Source: Squalus acanthias (Eukaryota). Taken from it: a stretch of DNA of 64,000 nt. The translations under genes and the position numbers were made by a program. Below the pieces are notes generated by a model. The model did no database searches. It had not been told where the DNA came from and worked only from the letters and a program-made list of their open reading frames with translations. Of the stretch, positions 35,797 through 48,145 are shown piece by piece (within the stretch, counting starts at the first letter, position 1; each line of letters starts with the position of its first letter). Location of the stretch: contig CM059431.1 in the NCBI GenBank assembly GCA_030390025.1, positions 119,848,001 through 119,912,000 on the forward strand, written 5' to 3'.

Positions 35797-38700
35797 TTTT
35801 CTGTAAGGGGTGACCTGCGGCTCTGTGCTTAGCCTGGGTGCTCGTGCGAGGTTAGGCCTTGTTGCCTGTTCTGGTCTCCAGCCAGCCTGGTAACACTAGA
35901 CACCTGTGAGTGGTTTGACCCACTCGCCCTTACGGTTCTGACACTGGACTTAGGTGCGAGAGCAATAATGCAGAGAAAAACTCAGGTAGACCCGGTCGAA
36001 TAGTGCGAAATGGAAAATCTTTATTGCATATTATTCAAGATTACGAGATACATGTCATAAGCACAGATTAGTGACAGTACAATCTTACACACAGTTATGT
36101 AACTAATTTTAGGGAAACGAGGAGCGCATGACACATCGTAAAAAGGGGCACACATTACAATTATCCTTAAAACTTAAACCCTCCCCTATCAATACCTGTC
36201 CTAAACTAGATTTGTAGGATCGAGACTCATGCTCACCACTCGTGATAACTCGGAGAATTCTGAAACTCTGCTCGGATGTTTTTACCGCAGCACCTGACTA
36301 TCCACGTGTTGATCAGGGGTCTCTGTACCCCACTTGTTTACTCGTTTCTGCTCCGGCTAGCAGGCTGGACCGTCTGCTGTCATGAAGATCTGTGTTGTCC
36401 TCGGAGTTCTGATACTACTCGAAGAAGAGTCTTCCTGTGCCCTCACCAGTTTGTAAAATTCAAAAAATGGTCTTCCTGGGCAAGGAAAGTGTTTATTCGA
36501 CCTGCAGGCGCGGTCGGGGCTTACTGACCGTGGCGATACGTATTGTCGTCTTCTTCTCTTCTCATCTCATCTCATCTTATCTCGGGCCTTCGGTTCCAAC
36601 ACCGTTTACCGACTTCTCGGGATGGTGTGCCCGTTTCAAGGCCTCACAGCCCAGTTCTACACAGATCTTCGCGACATGCCACGAGGTTGATCCTAGCGGA
36701 TCAGAGTCCAGAGCCGTCAGGCAAGAGAATAAAAGTTCAACAGTCTTCCAGCGAGTCAAGGCAGCAAGTGCAAAAAGAAGCAGAGACTGCAGTCAGCAGC
36801 AAGAGTAGCAAGAGGCAAGAGAGGCAAGAGCAACAAGAGACAGATGGACGGTTGTACCTTACAGTTATAGTGCTGTAATTCCTCTTTCCCCGCCCAATCT
36901 TAATGTCTATCTTTTGTCAGGTTTTGGCGCTCAAACTTCTTGTATAGGGTGATCTCCGTTTTTAATGGGTTTCGGTGATACTTGTAACTGTCTGAGTACC
37001 CGTTAATACTTCTCCCATTGTGGAACCGGCCAGTAGTCTCCCTGGAGGGGTTTTGGGGCTTCCAAATGCTTTCTGTAAGTACCCGCAAACGGCTCTCTCA
37101 TCGTAGAGTCGTGGGGATTTTGCATATTAATGTCTTTGGATCGGTTCTTGATCGCTCGGTACAATAGCCCTTATTCGCACCTGGGAGACCGATTCCAGTA
37201 TTTATGTATAAAATGCAAACCCATTATGTCTTGTCAATTATCTCAAATGTGCTGAGTCCTGTACGATCTCGCACAAATGTTTATTGGAACGCCATCTTGT
37301 CTGCTCATTGAAAGTCTAGAACGTTCTGCCACGAGGCGTGGCGGCCATTTTACAGGCTGTTTGTGTCCGCTTTGAAAACCTGACAGCATTCTGCTGAAAT
37401 AAAGCTGTTTGTACGAAACTTTATGTCTCCTTATTTTATAAAATCGCGATAATTTTGCGAATTCTACACCATCCAAACTGAAACCCGCCTCCAGCCCACC
37501 TCCATTGGGAAAATCACGCCCTAGGTTTCCACCCACATTGCATTGCCCAGGGACTCTTGGGGTCCTCCCAATGGAGGCGAGCAAAGGTGGAACACTGGTG
37601 CCTGGAGCGGGCAGAAGCAAGCTAAGTTAATGCTAGTGAGGCAGGAGTGACATCATGATGCCATCCACCGCATTTTCCTGGGTCTCTGACTGACAATAGT
37701 AGGAGAACCCATTGTTGGTGGGACTTAATCCTCGTGCCCAGCTCACTCAGGTGGTGGGGTGGTGGGGGTGGGTATATAGACTGAGCAGGGTATAGAGCAA
37801 GCAACAGTAACCAAGAACAGTGAAGGAAATAAAAATGTAAATATGATAGGTGACCCAACAAAATCAACTAATTCAGAAGAGCAAAATGCTGCTAATAAAA
37901 AACCAGGAACTCAAACTGTCAGCTTCTTTTAACCAGTCTGCGAGACCAGCACAACTCCCGGGACCCCCATGCACCCAGGTGATGTGAGGAAAGTGATGGA
38001 AATAGTGCTGAAATTTATTATCAGTTTGACTTTGGTTGTTTCTGTTTAAGGCTTGCTCAGCAAAGGAATCCTTCCCTGATTTGTTGCTGGCTTTTAGGAT
38101 GCCATCCTTAGATGTAGACCACAACTGTTGTCTTTTTGCCTTGCTGGTAATGTTTTCGATTTGTAAAATGTAAATTTTAGTTACCGTATATAAATAATCT
38201 TTACTCTGCTATGCGACCACTATATTGTGTTCTTTTATCTGTTGCTTTCTTTTTCGATCACCGTACCATGTCTACTGCTTTCTAGGTTTCAGGATAAAAT
38301 GCGTAATGGGACCCATTTGTGTCCCGAGTGTGAGAAAATTGAGATCTCAGCCCCAGATCCATTATCATAATGCCTCAAGGTTTCATGACTACTAACAAGA
38401 ATGTGACATTTCTATCTTTTCTGAGTTAGGTGCCAAGATTTTTTTTTCATATGACTGAACATTTAGATCAAATGAATTTAATGTCAGAACCAGGGTGTTC
38501 AAGACATTGCTCTGAATCTCACAACCTGCAGAATCCTGAGGGTCTCTTTTGCAAACATTCTGATTTTTCTCTTATTTTGTGCCACTTTTGGACATGCTGT
38601 ACAATACAGATTTTTTTTAAATATGCAGTTTTTTTGCCAGAGCAGATGTATTGTAGGAATAATATTCCAATTATATATTTGGTACAATCTGGACAATCAT

Positions 38701-38953
38701 TTTTTTATAGCTAACCTATTATATAAATGAAGCAGCTGTGCATCGCAGCCCTCATGGAACAATTTGGTGGCGGAAGTATTAATTTCAAATATATATTGTT
38801 GAAACGTTTTGTGGCTCAAAGGATTAAGTCCAGTTTTTCAGCTGTGTAACATTTGAGTATTTACAAAACTCAGGTCCCAATTTGTCCAGCACATGAACCT
38901 CCCGTACTGTTCAAAGGTGCAGCAAGGTGCGTCAGTTTTCTGATGGATGGTAG

Positions 38954-40633
38954 TGTAAGGGTTTGCGTGCGTGTCTCTCAGCCTGTGAGATTCGCGCGGC
39001 TTCTGTGCAGCCTGTATGTCAGTGCGGGTTTAGGCCTTGTTGCCTGTTCTGGTCTCCAGCCAGTCTGGGAACACTAGACACACCTGTGAGTGGTTCGAAT
39101 CACTCGCCCTTACGGTTCTAGACACTGGACTTAGATGCGAGAGCAGTAATGGAGATGAAACTCATGTAGACTCGGTTGAATAGTACGAAATGGAAAAAAT
39201 CTTTATTGCATGATATTTAAGATTACGAAATACATGTCATAAGCACAGATTAATGACAGTACAATCTTACACACAATTATGTAGCTAATTCTAGGGAAAC
39301 GAGGAACGAACGACACACCGTAAATAGGGGCACACATTACAAGTATCCTTAATACTTAAACCCTCCCCTATCAATATCTGTCCTAGCTGGATTCGTAGGA
39401 TTCGAGACTCATGCTCACCACTCGTGATAACTCGGAGAAATTCCGAATAGCTGATCGGATGTTTTCACCGCAGCACCCACGTGTCGATCAGGGGATCTCC
39501 TGGCCCCACTTGTTTACTTGCTTCTGCTCCGGCTAGCAGGCTGGAACGTCTGTTGTGATGAAGATCTGTGTTGGTTGGTTTAACATATCAGTCAACACTT
39601 ACGAGAATATTCTCTCGGTGTCCGTCATGAGGAACTGCCCTGATGGGTTTCACAGACCGGTCAATATCTTCACGGAGAATCTTCCGGGGTCCGTTCTTCA
39701 AAGTTCAAAGAAGTCTTCCTGGCAAGGAAAAATGGCTATTCGACCTACAGGCGCGGTCGGGGCTTACTGACCGTGGCGATAAGTATGGTCTTCCTCTCTT
39801 CTCATCTCATCTCATCTCTTCTCGGGCCTTTGGTTCCGATGCCAGTTACCAACATAGGTCTTCGTTACACGACACGAGGTAGATCCGAACGGATCACAAA
39901 GTTCAAACAGTCCTTTAAAAAGAGACACCAGGCAAGCAGGAACAAGACGGCGAGTCAAAACACAGGAGCAGCCACGAGGATACGAGTCAATCGGATAAGA
40001 GAAAGATGGACGGTTGGAGCTTGTAATTATAGTACAAAATCTTCCGTTTCCCGCCCAACCTTAATGCCTTTTCTTTTGTTTGGGTTTGGCGCTCAAATGT
40101 CTTGTATAGGTGATCTCCGTTTTTAATGGGTTTCGGGGCTACTCGTAAATGTCTGAGTACCTGTTAATATTTCTCCCATTGTTTAATCGGTCGGTGTTCT
40201 CCCTGGAGGGGTTTTGGGGCTTCCAAGTGTCTTGTATAACTACCCGCTAACGGCTCTCTCATCGTGGAGTCGTTGGGATTTTACATATTAATGTCTTTGG
40301 ATGGGCCCTTGATTACTTGGTACAATAGCTTTCATTCGTACCTGGGAGACCGATTTCAGTATTTATGTGTATACTGCAAACCCATAATGTCTCGTGTATT
40401 ATCTTCAATGTGCTGAATCTTAATCGATCTTGCACAAATGTTTATTGGAACGCCATCTTGTCTGCCTGTCGAAAAGTCTAGAATGTTCCGCCACGAGGTG
40501 CGGCGGCCATTTTACAGGCTGCTTGTGTCCACTTTGAAAACCTGACAGCATTCTGCTAAAATAAAAGCTGTTTGAACGAAACTCTGTGTTTTTCTCCTTA
40601 TTAATAAAATCGCGATATATTGCGAATTCTACA
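38954..40633 (-). mobile_element. Solo LTR, family B
   Basis: TGTAAGGG...TTCTACA ends, perfect TSD GTAG, and homology to 35802-37468. Confidence 0.92.
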
Positions 40634-40760
40634 GTAGAGATATTGCTGGAAAAAATTTGGGAGAGGAAGGACATCTTTTTTGCCACCAGTGAGTACCATG
40701 TTCCATGGAGAGTTGGGAAAAGAGATTTGTCAGAAGTTTGGAGGGGGGGGGGGGCGGGTG

Positions 40761-41215
40761 GTGGCTTAGTGTTAGCCCTCTCGCCTCTGAGTCAGAAGGT
40801 TCAAGTCCTGATCAATAGACTTGATGACAAAATCCAGGCTGGCATTCCAGTGCAGTACTGAGAGACTGCTGCCCTGTCAGAGGTGCCGTCTTTTGGCTGA
40901 GATGTTAAACTGAGGACCCGTCTTCCCTCTTGGGTAGACATAAAAGATCCCATGGCACAATTTTTCGAAGAAGAGCAGGGGAGTTCTCCCCAGTATCCTG
41001 GCCAATATTTATCCCTCAATCAACATCACTAAAAAAAAAATTAGCTGGTCATTATGACATTGCGGTTTGTGGGACCTTACTGTGCAGAAACTGGCGACCA
41101 TGTTTCCTACATTACAGCAGTGACTACACATCAACATTACTTCCTTGGCTGTAACAGCGCTTTGGAACATTCTGAGGTTGTGAAAGGTGCTATATAAATG
41201 CAAGTTATTTATTTT
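40761..41215 (+). repeat. tRNA-derived Deu-domain SINE (SacSINE1-like)
   Basis: A/B-box-like head (TGGCTTAGTG...GGTTCAAGTCC), Deu-like core GGTGCCGTCTTTTGGCTGAGATGTTAAAC...AAAAGATCCCATGGCAC, and an L2-type tail GCTATATAAATGCAAG. Confidence 0.8.
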
Positions 41216-43524
41216 TAAGAAATAAGCTACTTGGAAGACAGTATGCTATCTTATGAAGGTCTATTATTTAGCTCTCCAACACTTCTTAGAGAAAGAAAAT
41301 GCTACAACAAGAGGAATGAAGCTGCATCAGGGTAACCCCCTATCCATCAATTTCCATTCGCTCACCTTTTTGAAAAATAAGCACAAGAAATCATTTGGAG
41401 AGGCTATCTGCACAAAGCAGGGACTGGGGGAAGCTCGAGGACTGGTCCTGGATGAGGGTGTGTGGCAACTTTTCCCAATCCTTTTTCATGTATCTCTCCT
41501 TCATGACTGCCTCATTCATCAATTCCTTCCCTATCATTGTGTGCAAAGTGACCTTAAATGCCCTTCCCATCGAAGCTACAACTGTCCCTCCTCTCTTTCC
41601 CCAGTTTTGTCAGATGACCCGGAATTAAGATCTAGGGAAATGGCTGTGCAAAGCCCTCCTGAAGATGCATCATCTCTGATTCTTACCTTGCCAAGCACTT
41701 GCTGAGCAATATCCACCCTGCAGGATTTTCACAGTGATTTTGAGGGGAGTTGACTGGATGATACACAGAGCACAATTGAGCAGATGTAGGTAGCGGCGAC
41801 AAAGGAGGAAAAGGAACTACGACCTAGTAATTCAGTTGTGTTGCACCCATTTTACAAGCACAAAACGGACGCCTAACCATCCAATATGAGGGGCGGGTGT
41901 GCACGCTCATTACGCACCAGAAATGGTTCACTGGCCATATTGGTAAAGGCAGAAAAAGTGTCATCCAACATCCATGTCTGAAAACGGTAATGTAAATACA
42001 GATAGGGGGCCTACCTTCTGTTTGAAGCCCCCTTTGTAAAATTGGGCTGCCCTGAATGTAGCTGGCACTGGCTGTGTTCAGGAAAATGCGGTCTACATGA
42101 GTAACCAGTATTCCTTAAAAGGACCATTGCAGGCTGCCACCGAAAAGGAAATGTTTGAAAAATATACTTAGCTGAATGTGGAGCCGAAAGATGCAGGTGT
42201 GCTTCCCCCATGTTCACTGCTGTGCTGAAGATCATTGCTGGCTCCCTGCTCGGTCCCCTCTCAATTTGTCCCCCTCCATCTACTAATCGCTACTCTTCTC
42301 CATCACCCGGTCGCCACCACCCCCACCCCCTTAACCCACCCCCAGATCATTCCCTGTGCTCAATTTTCGCCAGCCTGACTGTACAGAGATCCAGTTCTCT
42401 GCTGAAGAGGTAGGGATGTGGACCTAAGAGGCCAATTGTTTTTAAAGAAATATGCTTACTACGCTTGATAGACTGCTCGAGGCATTGCAGAGCATGCTTC
42501 AAAGCTTTCAGTACATGATGGCTATTGTGGAGCATGCCACAACTAATATGTGGGGTTTTCAAAACTCTGCAGTCCACCACGAAGCATATGGTTACTCCAG
42601 GATTATTTGTAGTAAATCTACCGATGAATGTAACTCCAGAAATAGCGCATCTCAGGGATAATCATACTTTTTCCATGTAGACCCTGGGCTCTGCTATCTC
42701 CTCTTCCTTGAATGGGTGAGGAGAATCTATGGATGGAGTGTTCTCTCTGGGTCTGCTGTCCCACAGATCAGTATTAGTGTTGAGGCAGAGCAAAGGAGTT
42801 GGGCAAGCATGCAGTGGACATAGATAACGTTGATGACTGGATGACAACACCTCTGTACAATATTGTCTCCTCCCCTCAACCAATAGCTTCACAGGAGCCA
42901 GAAAGCATGCAGAAACAAATTGTAGGTAAAATGAATGGTTAGCTTGGCAGCTGGGCTGTATTAGTTAATTGTGGTGGGGAGAGAACACATTTCCAGGGTA
43001 TTGAGAAGATTCTGACAGTTGGCAGGACTATTAATCCAAGGGGCCTAAGGGATTATTATGTGAAACACTAATTAATCTTCTGGATGTCTCTGTTGTTGCC
43101 CAGCTGCCTCCTAAATATCCTCAATGTTGAATGTATCTTCCCCCTCAGGAAGGTGAAAGCCTCCTCTCATGGCATTCTGCGATGTACTAAAAAGTACAGT
43201 TTGTCCTTCTCTAGATTCACCTTGCTATTTATTGTAATGGGACAGTACAGTCATAGCCATGATAAATGAAACTGGACAAAATTCATATGGGCAAATTGAC
43301 TGAAAGTGGTTGACATTGGCTTACATCAGACTTAGCATTCATTGCAATGTTTATCTTATATATTACTACAAACATTTTATTCATCCTTGTTTTCCACAAG
43401 CACATCATCACTTTTATAAATTTACCCTTTCGTTCATAGTAAATGGACGCAGGTACAAATCAATTTAACTATAACATTTATTTGGATATGACAATTGACA
43501 TTTCAACAGATATGACTTTATATT

Positions 43525-44545
43525 GGTCCCCTTCTATTTCTCATCTACATGCTCCCCCTCGGCGACAACATCCGAAAACACAGCGTCAGTTTTCACATGT
43601 ATGCTGACGACACCCAGCTCTACCTCACCACCACTTCTCTCGACCCGTCCACTGTCTCTAAATTGTCAGACTGCTTGTCCGACTTCCAGTACTGGATTAG
43701 CAGAAATTTCCTCCAAATAAACATTGGGAAGACCGAAGCCATTGTCTTCGATCCCTGCCACAAACTCCATTCCCTAGCCACTGACTCCATCCCTCTCCCT
43801 AGCATCTGTCTGAGGCTGAACCAGACTGTTTGTAACCTTTGGTGTCATATTTGACCCTGAAATGAACTTCCGGCCACATATCCGCGCCATAAATAAGACC
43901 ACCTATTTCCACCTCCGTAACATCGTCTGTCTCCGCCCCTACCTCAGCTCATCTGCTGCTGAAATCCTCATCCATGCATTTGTTACTTCTAGACTTGACT
44001 ATTCCAACGCACTCCTGGCTGGGCTCCTACATAAACTTGAGGTCATCCAAAACTCGGCTGCCCGTGTCCTAACTCGCACCAAGTCCTGTTCACCCATCAC
44101 CCCTGTGCTCGCTGACCTACGTTGGCTCCCAGTTAAGCAACGCTTCAATTTCAAAATTTTCATCCTTGTTTTCAAATCCCTCCATGGCCTTGCCTCTCCC
44201 TATCTCTGTAATCTCCTCCAGCCCCACAATCCTCCAAGATATCTGCGCTCCTCTAATTCTGGCCTATTGAGCATCCCTGATTTTAATCGCTCAACCATTG
44301 GTGGCCGTGCCTTCAGCTGCCTAGGCCCTAAGCTCTAGAATTTCCTCCATAAACCTCTACACCTCTCTTTCCCCCTTTAAGACACTCCTTAAAACCTACC
44401 TCTTTGATCAAACTTTTGGTCATCTGCCCTAATTTCTCCTTATGTGGCTCGGTGTCAAATTTTGTTTTATGACAGTCCTGTGAAGCACCTTTGGATGTTT
44501 TACTCCATTAAAGGTGCTATATAAATACTTGTTGTTGTTATTATT
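43525..44545 (+). mobile_element. 5'-truncated L2 LINE (RT C-terminus and 3' UTR)
   Basis: Motifs HMYADDTQLY, HAFVTSRLDYSNALL and QNSAARVL, with a (TTG)n tail. Confidence 0.92.
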
Positions 44546-44774
44546 GAAATACCATATGATTGAAACGCATGGGAAAATATCACGAGCCACATTAACCCTG
44601 CATAAATATTCAGTAGACTTTTGCTCTGTAGCTTTACTTCAAAAAATTTAATAAACAAGTGGCTATATTTCAAAAGTTTTGTTACGGTAATGTTTAAATT
44701 GAGTATTTGTTTTAACAGAGGCTGTGTGTGAGAGTAAGAGAGACATAGAAGCAAATGATAGTAAGAGAGACTTA

Positions 44775-45648
44775 GGGCTGGATTTTGCCCACGCTCAGAG
44801 GGTGGGTTTGGAGGCGGATCAAAGGGTAAAATTGTTTTGATTGATGGCGGGTTGCGATCCCGCCATCAACCCACCGCCAAACAATTTTCCCAAGGGTCGG
44901 GTCCCCGATTTGCGCATGGACCCGACACCTAGCGGTGGGAAGAGGATTAAAGCCAATTACCTGCCTGTTAACAGGTAGTTGAAAATAGTTGCCAGTATAT
45001 TTTTTAATTTTGCCGCTTCTGCCTCGGGTTTCCCGACGTCCAGACACCACGCCAGGTAAGTGTGGCATGTTGTGAGTCTGCTGTAATGTTCCTGCATTGA
45101 TGACAACTGCAGAAGTAGTGTGAAGGATTCAATGATGCACTGGTGAGTCTCAGAGGTAAGAAAATGTTGGGAAATTCATTTTTAATGCATTTACAGATTT
45201 CTTTAGGTAACAAGTTTTGAAATCCTTGTACAGTGCCACCTCATTGTGAGAGCCTCTCTCACCAGTGACAGATCACTTCTATCACCTCACCTGCAGCTGC
45301 CATCTATTCCAGCATATGGAGGGCATCATTGGAGAGCCTGGGTGCAAGAGGTCACCTTTGTACAGTGATTGTCAGTGTTTGCAGCACCTCAATGCTGTCA
45401 AACACTGAGAAATCAGCTGTCAAACAAAATGTGCGTGGTCCCTTTAAGAAAACCGGCAGATGACGTGTCATCAAATGACGTCATCTGACTGGCTTCCTCT
45501 TAATTGGCTGGCAAGCCCTCAGTGTGGGCTTAACAAGGTCAATCAACGTAAAATCACATCTGTGGGCCGGATGCAGTTGGGGGCAGGACTGGAAGCCGGA
45601 AACCACCTGACCCACACCCAACCCGCCTCCAATGAAAACGTCGCGGCC
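44775..45648. mobile_element. Harbinger-type MITE (donor of the duplication)
   Basis: GGGCTGGATTTT start, degenerate right TIR ending GCGGCC, and TSD TTA. Confidence 0.85.
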
Positions 45649-46199
45649 TTAGAAACAAATGATAGTATGTTGATTAAGCACCTGTTGTATGTTTTGCTTT
45701 GTGTTCTATAAACTACAGAAAGTATATTAAGCTGAGGGAGGAAGAGACTGGGATTAGGTAGAGTCATATATTTCTTCATTTCAGTGTTTGTTCAATTTAT
45801 TTTTTTAAGTTTAATTTTGAAGCCAACCAATTAACTTACTTGTGTTTTTTTGGCACTTATCATAAATCATCACACTCTTCTCTGCCACAAAGCTTCACAT
45901 GCCTAGGCATTACTATTGTATTGGCAAGGACAGTAGCATTACAGGACTCTGGCAGGTGTTGACAGAGGAGCAGATGGGCCTGAAAAAAATATGAATCTGA
46001 AAGAAATATTTGGATATTTATAAGTGCAATTATTTGAACTGCAAATTTATCTTTTTAGTAAACATTTTAAGCAGTGATTATGTAGAGTATCCCAATAAAT
46101 ATTATGTTGAAACTGTCCTTATCTATGCTATGATAATATATTTGAATAATCCATTTAATAACTACTGTATATATTATAATGAACCTGCTTGATGATGAT
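45431..46199 (+). repeat. Donor copy of a 770-bp direct duplication
   Basis: Matches 61653-62423. The non-TE part (45649-46199) has about 5 differences. Confidence 0.95.
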
Positions 46200-46689
46200 T
46201 ACATCCATTTAACCTATCTCTCTGTTAAAGGTAGCCAAACCAGTTTCAAAGTTAGAATCATCTTCAAGAGTGTGGTCCTGAAATTATGCTGTTGAATAGA
46301 AGTATATGAATGTTGAACACATTGATCGGGAAATCTCCTATTTTAATTATTTGTTTCTCACAGCATTATTTGAGGGCCAGTCGATTTCACTAAATAGCTT
46401 AGCACCTCATAGAAATAGTTCTATACTGTTTCACAAATCATAATGAAACAGAACATCAAACTGTGTAATTGTTCTGCGTTTTATATAGAAATACTGAATG
46501 AATAATACACATATTTTCCAACATGGAAATGATAATCTGTAAGTTGTCGAAACATTTGTCAAAAATTTCCCCAAGCCAGCACTGCAATTATTTTTATAAA
46601 TAAAATAAAAATATTGCAATAGTTAGCTGTGTTGATTATAGCAAAAAATAGAAATAGGTATTGAATAAAATTAAGGTTAATTATGGATA

Positions 46690-46950
46690 TGATTAAAAGA
46701 ACGTGTTGTATTTATATAATGCCTCATCACATCTCTCAGAAGTAACTTTCAGCAGAAGCACAGTAATTGTGTGTAAATACAGCTGTAATTTTGTTGACCT
46801 GAGGATGAAATGAATCATCATTTAACCTACCTTTGGTGATATGATTTTAAGAAAAATCTTAAGCAGGATACCAAGAACTTCCTACTCTGCTTTGAATAGT
46901 ACTATGGGACTCTAATATCCACTTGTAACATTGGAATTGGCATAAGGGCT
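46690..46950 (-). repeat. Degraded Deu-type SINE
   Basis: Weak inverted similarity to 40930-41210. Confidence 0.4.
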
Positions 46951-47283
46951 TTGACTGAATTTCCGCAGGGGTTCTCCCGATTGTCCGCTGTAAGAAGATC
47001 TGCGGAAACCCCAAAGAAATGGTGTAAACGTAGAAACAGTAGACAATTGGGAGAACTCTCGTGAAAATTCAACCCCAACATTTCATCCGAAGAATCTTAT
47101 TAAATCTTTGTTGCTACAACTGGCATTTAAATATAGAACTGAGTTAATTAACTTATTTTTATGTTCTGTCTATAAAACACTAGAAAATCAATGATGTTTG
47201 AGGCAATTTGCTACACTAGATAGAAATCGATAAGAATATAGCAAGGGTACACTTGGTACTGGACTTACAACCCACAGAGCATT

Positions 47284-47417
47284 GGGGTGAGATTGGTCTT
47301 GGGTGGCAGTGCAAAATGGCCAATAGCGAATCGGCATTTAGTTTTAAACCCATCCCGATTTTCTTTTCTATTGAATTGGCTGCTGATTCACTACTGCCCA
47401 TGACCAATTTCACCCCC
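47284..47417. mobile_element. Small palindromic MITE
   Basis: GGGGTGAGATTGGTCTTGGG...CCCATGACCAATTTCACCCC inverted ends. Confidence 0.6.
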
Positions 47418-47425
47418 GCCCATGT

Positions 47426-47713
47426 AGGGTTGCAACCCTCTAGGATTGTCCTGGTGTCTGTAGGAATTAAAGATTAACCTCCTGGACACTGCCGCAGGCA
47501 ATCGTAAGAAAATTCATAGGGCCATTGAAAAAATGTATCTTTTTTAATGTTATTTGAACACTTTATTAGTTATACAAATATTGGCGATGGGGTGAAAGAA
47601 AGACTATTTGACTGAATGGAACGGCTGGAAGCGGGGTCGGGGTGGGGGTGGGGGGTGGGGGGGAGTCATGTGTTGAAAGCTCCAGGGATACATCCAACAA
47701 GAGCTGGCAACCC
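47426..47713. mobile_element. MITE with AGGGTTGC(C)A-type ends
   Basis: TAGGGTTGCAACCC...CTGGCAACCC inverted termini. Confidence 0.45.
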
Positions 47714-47719
47714 ACCTCC

Positions 47720-48005
47720 CATGAGTTCATAATCCTATTGTTGTAAAATTGAATTTAATAAATCTGGTAATCTGTGAGCTAACAGCAGGAAAAATGAAAG
47801 CTGCAAAATTGTTGTAAAAATGTAACCTGCTTACTAATGTCCTTCAGGGAAGAAAGTCTACTTTGTCTGGCTTATAAGTGACTCCAGTCCAACAGTATCC
47901 TCTGAAGTGGCCTAGCAAGTCTCTCAGTGGTTAAAATCAATCAATCACTTAAAACCGTGGGAAGGATAATCAAAGCAGCCTTGCCAGCATTGTCCATGTC
48001 CTGAC
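47720..48005 (+). repeat. Degraded SINE sharing its head/body with 58690-59037 and its tail with 55811-55880
   Basis: Shared blocks GAGTTCA, ACTAATGTCCTTCAGGGAAG, GTGACTCCAG, CTCTGAAGTGGCCTAGCAAG and GCCTTGCCAGC. Confidence 0.55.
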
Positions 48006-48145
48006 AGCTGTTAACATCAGCTGGAAGCTGGTTTTAACAGTTAGCTGCCTACATAATAAAGGGACTGAGCTACAAAGGTACAACATCAAATGAAGTTACT
48101 CTCAGGCAGTTATGTTCTGTATGGAGCTTAGAACACAGACAAATT

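Larger units (their letters stand above)
32355..37468 (-). mobile_element. Pol-less Ty3/Gypsy-like LTR retroelement, family B
   Basis: TSD CCAT, a full 5' LTR (35802-37468), a partial 3' LTR (32355-32907, about 6 differences in 553 bp), a PBS and gag. Confidence 0.92.
28598..37521. mobile_element. Internally deleted Harbinger derivative hosting nested insertions
   Basis: TIR GGGGGCAATTTTCCC/GGGAAAATCACGCCC with flanks CAG/TAG. The transposase N-terminus is joined to its C-terminus near 29280, and a Myb exon-1 remnant lies at 29560-29745 on the minus strand. Confidence 0.8.

Noticed and set aside
37873..38190. Minus-strand open frame ending in a hydrophobic tail
   Set aside because: No ATG or clear acceptor and no known domain. 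The length is compatible with chance.
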